In this document: in pieces, positions 9,979 through 17,644 of the stretch
Position numbering within the stretch: position 1 is the stretch's first letter
Layout: each line of letters begins with the position of its first letter
NCBI GenBank assembly: GCA_041651195.1
Contig: JBAZJR010000004.1
Location: 26,848-90,847, forward strand
DNA length: 64,000 bases
Origin: Patescibacteria group bacterium
GTDB lineage: Bacteria; Patescibacteriota; Patescibacteriia; Patescibacteriales; UBA12465
Direction: 5' to 3'
Notes under the pieces: generated by a model
The model's database searches: none
Told to the model about the DNA's origin: nothing
Seen by the model: only the letters and a program-made list of their open reading frames with translations
Program-made: the position numbers and the translations under genes

Positions 9979-11001
9979 ATGACTATGAATAATGACCGCT
10001 TAATCAGCCCGATCGAACGCCAAGGCGATGACGCCCTGGATCTGTCTTTGCGCCCCAAAACCCTCATAGAATATGTCGGCCAGGAAAAGATCAAACAAAA
10101 TTTAGAAATTACCATCGCTGCCGCCAAAAAACGGGGCGAGCCGATCGAGCATGTCCTGCTTTATGGCGCTCCCGGCTTGGGCAAGACGACCCTGGCGCAT
10201 GTTATTGCTAATGAGATCGGAGCGAATATCCGCGTCACTTCCGGGCCGGCGATTGAAAAGAGCGGCGATTTGGCGGCTATCTTGACCAATTTAGAACCAG
10301 GCGACATCTTATTTATTGATGAGATTCATCGGCTGAATAAGACGGTCGAGGAGATCCTTTATCCGGCCATGGAAGACTATGCCTTAGATATTATTATGGG
10401 CAAGGGTCCGAGCGCCCGCACTTTACGTCTAGACTTGCCCAGATTTACCATTATTGGCGCGACTACTTTGGCGAGCCTCTTGTCCTCACCGCTTCGTGAT
10501 CGTTTCGGGATCACTCATCACTTGAATTTCTACGAGACTGATGATATCGAGAAAATTATCAGGCGGAGCGCTGGTATCCTGGGAGTCGAGGTAGATCAGG
10601 AAGCGCTTCAAGAGATTGCCAAGCGCAGCCGCCGCACCCCGCGCATTGCTAACCGCCTCTTGAAACGGGTGCGCGATTATTGCGAGGTAAAGGGCGATGG
10701 CCGGGTGTCTTTAAAAGACAGCTTAGAGGCTTTTAATATGTTGGAAGTGGACGCGCTGGGCCTGGATTTAGTCGATCGGCGGATATTGGAAACTATTATC
10801 AATAAATTCAAAGGCGGACCGGTCGGCCTCAATACTTTAGCCGCTGCGACTGGCGAAGAAATGGACACGATAGAAAATATCTATGAACCGTATCTGATGC
10901 AGCTCGGTTTTTTGGATCGTTCGCCGCGCGGCCGTTTAGTGACCGCGCTTGGCTATCAGCATCTGGGGTTGAGGGAGCCGGGGGCGGAGAAACTGGTATA
11001 G
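9979..11001 (+). CDS. ruvB: Holliday junction branch migration helicase RuvB
   Basis: It has Walker [12 protein letters not shown] and Walker B FIDEIHR, and is collinear with RuvB along its full length. The ATG at 9979 is preferred over the TTG at 9964. Confidence 0.95.
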   Translation: MTMNNDRLISPIERQGDDALDLSLRPKTLIEYVGQEKIKQNLEITIAAAKKRGEPIEHVLLYGAPGLGKTTLAHVIANEIGANIRVTSGPAIEKSGDLAAILTNLEPGDILFIDEIHRLNKTVEEILYPAMEDYALDIIMGKGPSARTLRLDLPRFTIIGATTLASLLSSPLRDRFGITHHLNFYETDDIEKIIRRSAGILGVEVDQEALQEIAKRSRRTPRIANRLLKRVRDYCEVKGDGRVSLKDSLEAFNMLEVDALGLDLVDRRILETIINKFKGGPVGLNTLAAATGEEMDTIENIYEPYLMQLGFLDRSPRGRLVTALGYQHLGLREPGAEKLV

Positions 11002-11045
11002 AAGAAAGTGACTATTTATTAAATAATTAATTTTTTGGCAAAAAT

Positions 11046-11624
11046 ATGACTATTGCTATGAGCAAGACCAGGGAAATGTTCCCTTTGAGCAAGAAAAAAA
11101 TTATTAAAAAAACCTTTTTTTCTGGTAATCTGTCCGGCCTCGGTCATATATTAGTGATTTTAGCAATAATAAGCATCGGTTATTTTATCAACAATTCGCT
11201 GAATGTCGGTTCAGTCACCAGCGAAAACCCTATTATTTTGGATCAAAAATCTTTAAGATATATCGGCTTTCTAGTTCTTGGTTATCTGGTTTTTGCCGCC
11301 ATTACTCTTTTATTGGGTTATTTTTATCAAAAATGGTATTTTTCCACGTACTTTTATGACTTGACTGATAATTTTATCATTATCAGAAAGGGGCCGATTA
11401 CGCCAAAAGAGATTTCCATTCCTTATGAAAGGATTCAGGACGTTTATGTTGATCAGGATTTTTTTGATCGTCTCCTGGGCATTTATGATGTTCATTTATC
11501 TAGTGCCACATTCTCCTCTGGCCTGGAAGCTCATATTGACGGCGTGGGGAAAGAAGCGGCGGACGGGTTAAAAAATTTATTATTGAGCACTATCCAACAA
11601 AAAATCGTGAAACTTCAAGCGTAA
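11046..11624 (+). CDS. Membrane protein with bacterial PH (bPH_2, YdbS/YdbT-like) domain
   Basis: Two TMs are followed by YDLTDNFIIIRKGPITPKEISIPYERIQDVYVDQDFFDRLLG, the typical bPH_2 pattern. Confidence 0.7.
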   Translation: MTIAMSKTREMFPLSKKKIIKKTFFSGNLSGLGHILVILAIISIGYFINNSLNVGSVTSENPIILDQKSLRYIGFLVLGYLVFAAITLLLGYFYQKWYFSTYFYDLTDNFIIIRKGPITPKEISIPYERIQDVYVDQDFFDRLLGIYDVHLSSATFSSGLEAHIDGVGKEAADGLKNLLLSTIQQKIVKLQA

Positions 11625-11642
11625 TTTCTCATTTCTATAAAT

Positions 11643-12179
11643 ATGGATAATATTAATAGTAGTCAGGCTATTACGGAAAAGACCTACCCGATCAGCCCGA
11701 TTTGGATATTCAAAGTTAATTTCGTATATTTAGTGCTTCTATTGATAATTATTAAAATTTGTCTGAGCTTAGCTCTGGATTTTTTTGTAATTTTTATAAT
11801 AGTTATTTCTTCGTTGATTATAATGCTGTTAATTAATGGATTAGCCAGGATTAATTTTCATTTTTTATTTAATGATAAATTCATCTCGGTTAGACAGGGC
11901 ATAATTTTTAAGAGGCAAAGGAATTTAGTTTATGGAGTAATCCAAAACATTTTAGTAAAGCAGAGTTTTTTTGACAAAATATTTGGTATCGCATCTCTAA
12001 GCCTAGAGGACGCTTCTAAAAGCGGTAACCAATTCGGCAACTTTGGGGATTTAGTCGGTTCCTGGGGACATAAAATTAATATTCCTGGATTAAAGAAACA
12101 AAAAGCCGAAGACTTAAAGAGTATTATCTTAAATAAATTAAATGAGCAGGCAGGCCATGACGGGCAATCCGGTTTATAA
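11643..12179 (+). CDS. Second bPH_2-domain membrane protein (paralogous architecture)
   Basis: TMs are followed by FNDKFISVRQGIIFKRQRNLVYGVIQNILVKQSFFDKIFG. Confidence 0.7.
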   Translation: MDNINSSQAITEKTYPISPIWIFKVNFVYLVLLLIIIKICLSLALDFFVIFIIVISSLIIMLLINGLARINFHFLFNDKFISVRQGIIFKRQRNLVYGVIQNILVKQSFFDKIFGIASLSLEDASKSGNQFGNFGDLVGSWGHKINIPGLKKQKAEDLKSIILNKLNEQAGHDGQSGL

Positions 12180-13240
12180 TGAGAAGATATTATATGTATC
12201 AAGTTTCTGATTTTGACTACTATCTGCCGCCCGCCCTGATCGCCCAAGAGCCGGCTAAACCGCGGGACCACTCGCGGCTTTTATTGTTAGATAAGAAAAC
12301 AGGGAAAGTCGAACATGATCATTTTTATAATTTGATTGATCATTTGCGGCCGGGCGATCTTTTAGTTTTGAATAATTCCAAGGTTTTCCCAGCGCGTCTC
12401 CTGGGACGTAAGGAATTAACCGGCGGCGCGGTAGAGATATTTTTGCACCGGCAGCTGTCAGTCCGGAAATCAGATGGCAACGTCTGGGAGTGCTTGGTCG
12501 GCGGCCGGGCGAAAGAAGGCGTAAAGGTTGATTTTTCGCGCGGCCTACAGGCGACTATCCTCAAAAATAATAATAATGGTACCTGGCAAGTCGGATTTAA
12601 TCTGACGGGCGACAAATTCTGGCGTGCAATCAACCAGATCGGCCTGGTTCCTCTGCCGCCTTATATCAAAAGGAATAAAAAAATGGATAGCGATAAGTCT
12701 AGTTATCAGACCGTTTTTGCTGATGCACGTAAGGTCGGTTCCGTCGCGGCGCCGACAGCCGGCTTGCATTTTACCAAGAGCCTATTGAAGAAAATAAAAG
12801 CCCGCGGCGTAAAGATAGTAGCGGTTACTTTGCATGTTGGCCTGGGCACCTTTGCGCCGGTAAAGACGGAAAAGATCAGCGAACATAAGATGCACAGCGA
12901 GTTCGCGTCAGTTGGCGTAGCGGCCGTCAGAGCTATCATTAAGACAAAAGAAACTGGAGGGCGCGTTATCGCTGTCGGGACCACCAGCTGCCGGACTTTA
13001 GAATCTTTAGATTTACGCCAGGTGAGAACTCAATCTTTCTGGACCGATATCTTTATCTATCCTGGCTATAGATTCAAGGTAGTTGATGCCTTGGTCACTA
13101 ATTTTCATTTGCCTAAATCTAGCCTCCTGATGCTAGTCAGCGCGCTGGCTGGCAAGGGGAATATAGATCTGGCGTATCGGCAAGCGCTTAGCCAAAAATA
13201 CCGTTTCTTCAGTTACGGAGACGCAATGTTTATTTATTAA
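12179..13240 (+). CDS. queA: S-adenosylmethionine:tRNA ribosyltransferase-isomerase QueA
   Basis: Conserved segments are VSDFDYYLPPALIAQEP, GSVAAPTAGLHFT and VGTTSCRTLES. The start overlaps the previous stop (TAATG); ATG 12194 is an alternative. Confidence 0.93.
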   Translation: MRRYYMYQVSDFDYYLPPALIAQEPAKPRDHSRLLLLDKKTGKVEHDHFYNLIDHLRPGDLLVLNNSKVFPARLLGRKELTGGAVEIFLHRQLSVRKSDGNVWECLVGGRAKEGVKVDFSRGLQATILKNNNNGTWQVGFNLTGDKFWRAINQIGLVPLPPYIKRNKKMDSDKSSYQTVFADARKVGSVAAPTAGLHFTKSLLKKIKARGVKIVAVTLHVGLGTFAPVKTEKISEHKMHSEFASVGVAAVRAIIKTKETGGRVIAVGTTSCRTLESLDLRQVRTQSFWTDIFIYPGYRFKVVDALVTNFHLPKSSLLMLVSALAGKGNIDLAYRQALSQKYRFFSYGDAMFIY

Positions 13241-13312
13241 ATATAAGCTAAATTAAGCTATTTGATTTTTTTCTTGTTTTCTGATATAGTGGGGATAATT
13301 ATTGTCTAATTT

Positions 13313-13882
13313 ATGAAGAAATTTTTTCTCTTTGTTTGGGAGATTACGAAAGTAGTAGCGATTTCCTTGGCGATCATCCTGCCGGTTCGCTATTTTTTGA
13401 TTCAGCCGTTCTATGTCAAGGGCGCCTCGATGGAGCCGAACTTTTATGATCACGAATATCTGATTATCGATGAGATTAGTTACCGCTTTGAAGCGCCGCG
13501 TCGCGGGCAAGTCATCGTTTTCCGTTATCCGCGCGATCCGCAGGAATATTTTATTAAGCGAATCATCGGTTTGCCCGGCGAAGAGATTCAGATCAAAGAT
13601 GGCCAGATTATGATCTTTAATGCCGAATATCCAGACGGCTTCGCCTTGCCTGAAGAGTATCTGCCTTCTGACCTCTTGACTTATGATCAGAGCGAGAGCA
13701 AGATAGCCATCGGTCCGAATGAATATTTCGTGCTTGGCGATAATCGCAACGCCTCTAAGGATTCGCGCAATTTCGGACCGGTCGATAAGAGTTTTATCAC
13801 CGGGAAAGTCTTATTCCGCGGCTGGCCGCCGACGAAATTAGCGTTTTTTGGTTCCGAATCTTGGCCGCAATATAATAATTAA
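13313..13882 (+). CDS. lepB: Signal peptidase I
   Basis: It has an N-terminal TM, the catalytic Ser box GASMEPN, the Lys box YFIKRIIGLPGE and GDNRNASKDSR. Confidence 0.92.
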   Translation: MKKFFLFVWEITKVVAISLAIILPVRYFLIQPFYVKGASMEPNFYDHEYLIIDEISYRFEAPRRGQVIVFRYPRDPQEYFIKRIIGLPGEEIQIKDGQIMIFNAEYPDGFALPEEYLPSDLLTYDQSESKIAIGPNEYFVLGDNRNASKDSRNFGPVDKSFITGKVLFRGWPPTKLAFFGSESWPQYNN

Positions 13883-13886
13883 GTTT

Positions 13887-15269
13887 ATGCCCAGGCGCAA
13901 AAAAAACATGCCGGAAACGGCCAAAAGCCTTGAAAAGCGTAATGAAAAAGTCCCGCCGCGGCTTTTAGGAATGAAAGATCTGGTCGGCGCGGATAGCCGA
14001 TATTTTGACTTTGTCGTAGACAAGGCGCGCGAGTATGCTCGACTTTATAATTTCGCGACGATTAAGACGCCATCCCTAGAGACTTATGATTTATATAAGA
14101 AATCTACCCGGCGTAGCACCGGTAAAGAATTTTATTTTGTCGAAGGAGAAAAGAACGAGAAAGTTACCTTGCGGCCGGAGCTCACCCAGGGGATCGTCAG
14201 AGCTTATTTAGAGAATAACCTCGGAGAAAGCGGCCAGCCGGTGCGTCTCTTTTCTCTGGGTCCGATCTTCCGTCATGAAAAACTCCAGACCGGGCATTAC
14301 CGAGAATCTACCCAGGCGGATTTTGAGATTATTGGAGACAATAAGCCGCTTTCGGAAGCGCTGCTCATAGCGGCTGCCCACAATTTTTTCAAGGAACTCT
14401 CGATCAAGACCCAGGTCCAGATCAATAGCATCGGCTCCTTGGAATGTCGGCGTGAATATTGCAGCAAGCTGGCGGCCTTTTACAAAGAAAGAGGCCGGCG
14501 TTCCAAACTCTGCCATTATTGTAAGAATAATATCGGTAAGAATTGCCTGAGTTTGCTGGACTGCAAGGAAGAGAGCTGCTTAAAATTGGCCGAAGAGGCG
14601 CCGCAGATAGCAGATTATTTATCTTCGGAAAGCCGTGAACATTTTGCCAAGACCCTGGAATTCTTAGATGAATTGAATATTGATTATAATTTTAATCCTT
14701 ATCTGGTGCGTGGACTAAATTATTATAGCGATACCGTATTTGAATTTTGGCCGGCGAATGAAGACGGCTCACTGATTTCCAAGATCGCTTTGGCTGGCGG
14801 CGGCCGTTATGACTCTCTGATTGAGAGCTTGGGCGGCGCCCCGACCGCGGCTATCGGCCTCGCGATCGGCTTAGAACGGACGATCGCTCGGATCAAAGAT
14901 AAAGCCCTCTTGATTAATAAGCCGGAAGAGGATATAGTGTTTATTGCCCAATTGGGCGATCAGGCCAAGCTAAAGTCAATGCAGTTATTTGAAGATTTAC
15001 GTCTCGCTGGCTTTAATGTCCGCCAATCTTTCGCTTCCGATAGCCTGAAGATCCAATTAGAAGAAGCAGTGAATATGCGAGCCAAGACCTGTCTGATTTT
15101 AGGGAAGAAAGAGATTATGGACGAAACGATCTTGATGCGCGATATGGATTCGGGCGCCCAGGAGACCATCGTTTTTAAGAAGATCAGGGAGCGCCTGGCT
15201 AAAAAAGATAAATTAATTGAAAAAAAAGTTAATAATAGAAAGGAAGGTGGATTATATGGCGGATTTTAA
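13887..15269 (+). CDS. hisS: Histidine--tRNA ligase
   Basis: It shows the class II aaRS HisRS pattern (RGMKD-like LGMKDL, LRPELT, GGGRYD). The ATG at 13887 sits right after the lepB stop, and the upstream extension in the track overlaps lepB. Confidence 0.93.
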   Translation: MPRRKKNMPETAKSLEKRNEKVPPRLLGMKDLVGADSRYFDFVVDKAREYARLYNFATIKTPSLETYDLYKKSTRRSTGKEFYFVEGEKNEKVTLRPELTQGIVRAYLENNLGESGQPVRLFSLGPIFRHEKLQTGHYRESTQADFEIIGDNKPLSEALLIAAAHNFFKELSIKTQVQINSIGSLECRREYCSKLAAFYKERGRRSKLCHYCKNNIGKNCLSLLDCKEESCLKLAEEAPQIADYLSSESREHFAKTLEFLDELNIDYNFNPYLVRGLNYYSDTVFEFWPANEDGSLISKIALAGGGRYDSLIESLGGAPTAAIGLAIGLERTIARIKDKALLINKPEEDIVFIAQLGDQAKLKSMQLFEDLRLAGFNVRQSFASDSLKIQLEEAVNMRAKTCLILGKKEIMDETILMRDMDSGAQETIVFKKIRERLAKKDKLIEKKVNNRKEGGLYGGF

Positions 15270-15489
15270 AAGAAAACCTGGAGAAAGTTTTGAAAGTTTC
15301 TTGCGTAAGTTCAAGAAGGGCTTGAAGAACAGCAAGCGTTTGGAAAAAGCGCGTTCCAAACAACACCTTGCGTCCAAAACGACCAAGCAGTTGCAGAAGA
15401 AGCACGCCTTGATCGGATTAAAATTGCACAAGAAAAATGAATATTTGCGCAAGATCGGGAAATTGCCGGAAAGCAATATGCGCCCATAG
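15256..15489 (+). CDS. rpsU: 30S ribosomal protein S21
   Basis: This is a 77-aa basic protein (ESFESFLRKFKKGLKNSKRLEKAR). An AGGAAGGTGG Shine-Dalgarno lies 6 nt upstream of ATG 15256. It overlaps the hisS end by 14 nt. Confidence 0.85.
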   Translation: MADFKRKPGESFESFLRKFKKGLKNSKRLEKARSKQHLASKTTKQLQKKHALIGLKLHKKNEYLRKIGKLPESNMRP

Positions 15490-15512
15490 TTTTTATTCTT
15501 GGTTACGATGAG

Positions 15513-15549
15513 AAAGGCCGCCCGCGATTTATCACGGGCGGCCTTTTTG
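15513..15549. terminator. Bidirectional intrinsic terminator
   Basis: The sequence is AAAGGCCGCCCG-10 nt loop-CGGGCGGCCTTTTT, between convergent rpsU and the pilin gene. Confidence 0.8.
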
Positions 15550-15563
15550 GTGAGCCATATAAT

Positions 15564-16079
15564 CTATCTTTCAAACGCTCCAGCCACCCATTCAAATTCA
15601 CCATTCCAACTGCGGTTCGGACAAGTCCAGCCAGGGCTGGTTGGATAAGTTTTACCAGTGCCGCGGATACCTAGGACGTAATAAGCGCCGCGGGCGCTGT
15701 TGCAGCCGTAGTTGCCGGTTCCATAGCGGTAATAATTATAGCCATTACAACCCGTCGTATCTTGGTCACCCGGAACTATGTTCATGATGCCAGGCAGATA
15801 TCCGGCGAGCAGTTCATGATCTTTATTCCCAGTATCCCAGCCGCTACAGTTGTCATCGTTGTTATTAGGGGGAGGGTAATATCCATAAATATCATAGTAT
15901 ACTTCTAGGGCTGTTTGGATTTGTTTCATATCGGCTAAACGGCGAGTTATTTTAGCCTTTTCTCTGGCAGAATTGAGCCCGACGATAGATAGTGACGACA
16001 GCAGGCCGATAATCGCGATTACGACTATCAGCTCAACAAGAGTGAAACCTGTATTTGGGTAGAATTTTATCGAAGACAT
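15564..16079 (-). CDS. Prepilin-type (type IV pilin-like) protein
   Basis: The N-terminus reads MSSIKFYPNTG / FTLVELIVVIAIIGLL. Confidence 0.8.
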   Translation of the reverse strand: MSSIKFYPNTGFTLVELIVVIAIIGLLSSLSIVGLNSAREKAKITRRLADMKQIQTALEVYYDIYGYYPPPNNNDDNCSGWDTGNKDHELLAGYLPGIMNIVPGDQDTTGCNGYNYYRYGTGNYGCNSARGAYYVLGIRGTGKTYPTSPGWTCPNRSWNGEFEWVAGAFER

Positions 16080-16085
16080 AATATT

Positions 16086-17549
16086 TCATCTGTTGATTCC
16101 AGGGATGAAACGTTTGATGGTCTCCAGTTTTGATTTCTTGGCGAACTGCTTGATCCGGTCGCGCGCTCTTTTCGTCTTGACGAATTTTAACCAGTCGCGG
16201 TTCGGATAAGGGCGTTTTTTTTCTGTAATAATTTCGACAAAGTCGCCATTCTTCAGTTCTTGATCCAGACGGCCTAGCTTATCGTTGATAATCACGCCCG
16301 CCGCGTGGTTACCGATATTGGTATGGACGGCATAAGCGAAATCAATCGGCGTCGCTTGCTCCGGCAGCTCGAAGACATCTCCTTTCGGTGAGAAGACGAA
16401 TATCCGATCGCGGAAAATATCCAATTTTATTTTTTTTACGAATTCGCTGGTGTTGGTGATTTCTTTTTGGATCTCAATGATCTCTTTGAGCCAGGCCGGA
16501 GCCTGGTAAGAGCCGCCTTGCCGCGCCTTATAGTACCAGTGGGCGGCTAAACCGTAAATACTTTCTTCATGCATCTCTTGGGTTCTGATCTGGAATTCCG
16601 TTGTTTTGCCCTCCGGCCCGAAGATTGTTGTGTGGAGCGAGCGGTAACCGTTGGGCTTCGGGACAGCGATATAATCTTTAAATCGATTCGGCTTCGGCTT
16701 CCAGAGAGTGTGGATGACGCCCAATGATTTATAGCAGTCATCAATAGTCGGGACGATCAGCCGTAAGGCGAAAACATCGTAGATTTCATCAAATTTACGA
16801 TCTTTCTTCTGCATCTTTAAATAGATGCTGTAGAGATGCTTAAAGCGGACTTCTACCGTACATTTAATTCCAGCCTCCTCTAATTTGACGGTGAGGATCT
16901 TTTTGATTTTTTGGAAAAATTGGTTGCGTTCTACCTTCTTCTCCACCTCGTATTTATATTCTAATTCCTGGTATTCCTCTGGATATAGGACTTTAAAGCA
17001 GATATCCTCCATCTGCCATTTTAAGCGGGCAATACCTAAAAGTCCGGCGATCGGCGCGTAAATTTCCAAAGTTTCCCGCGCAATCCTTTTTTGTTTGTCC
17101 GGCGGCAGGTTCTCCAGGGTGCGCAGGTTATTTAAGCGATCGCAGAATTTGATGAAAACGACGCGCAGATCCGCCGCCATCGCCAGGAACATCTTCTTCA
17201 GGTTTTCCCGATATCGTTCAATGCCGCGGTATTTGATTTTGCCGAGCTTAGTGACCCCCTCGACGAGCATAGCGATTTCCGGTCCGAACAAGGACCTGAT
17301 TTCTTCCAAGGTCCGGCTGGTATCTTCTGGGACATCATGCAAGAGTCCGCCCGCGACCGTCGCGGCGTCAGCCTTGATTTCCGCCAGGGTGTAGGCAGTG
17401 TGGAGCGGGTGTTGGATATATGGTTCGCCGTTCTTGCGACACGCGCCGTCATGGGCGGCGTCAGCGAATTCGAAGGCTAGCTGCAAGACTGTGACGTCCG
17501 CGCCGGGATGGTTATCTTGGAATTTTTTGATCACTCGTTCGATCGTCAT
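16086..17549 (-). CDS. rel: Short bifunctional (p)ppGpp synthetase/hydrolase (Rel/SpoT homolog: HD + synthetase + TGS only)
   Basis: The HD hydrolase motifs (QHPLHTA, LLHDVPEDT), the synthetase motif (NGYRSLHTTI) and the TGS domain (IFVFSPKGDVFELPEQATPIDFAYAVHTNIG) are present. The protein ends shortly after TGS at 487 aa. Confidence 0.9.
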   Translation of the reverse strand: MTIERVIKKFQDNHPGADVTVLQLAFEFADAAHDGACRKNGEPYIQHPLHTAYTLAEIKADAATVAGGLLHDVPEDTSRTLEEIRSLFGPEIAMLVEGVTKLGKIKYRGIERYRENLKKMFLAMAADLRVVFIKFCDRLNNLRTLENLPPDKQKRIARETLEIYAPIAGLLGIARLKWQMEDICFKVLYPEEYQELEYKYEVEKKVERNQFFQKIKKILTVKLEEAGIKCTVEVRFKHLYSIYLKMQKKDRKFDEIYDVFALRLIVPTIDDCYKSLGVIHTLWKPKPNRFKDYIAVPKPNGYRSLHTTIFGPEGKTTEFQIRTQEMHEESIYGLAAHWYYKARQGGSYQAPAWLKEIIEIQKEITNTSEFVKKIKLDIFRDRIFVFSPKGDVFELPEQATPIDFAYAVHTNIGNHAAGVIINDKLGRLDQELKNGDFVEIITEKKRPYPNRDWLKFVKTKRARDRIKQFAKKSKLETIKRFIPGINR

Positions 17550-17555
17550 ATCCCT

Positions 17556-17585
17556 TTGTCCTTTTTTTGTCTTTTATGATATAAT
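17556..17585 (+). promoter_or_regulatory. Candidate sigma70-type promoter of the surface-protein cluster (extended -10)
   Basis: TTGTCC is followed by an 18-nt spacer and TGaTATAAT (17577-17585), 60 nt upstream of ATG 17645. This is a pattern match only. Confidence 0.4.
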
Positions 17586-17644
17586 AAAAGCATAATAATT
17601 ATACCATAAGAGGTTTGATTTAAAAACTTTAGTAGTTTGCTTTC

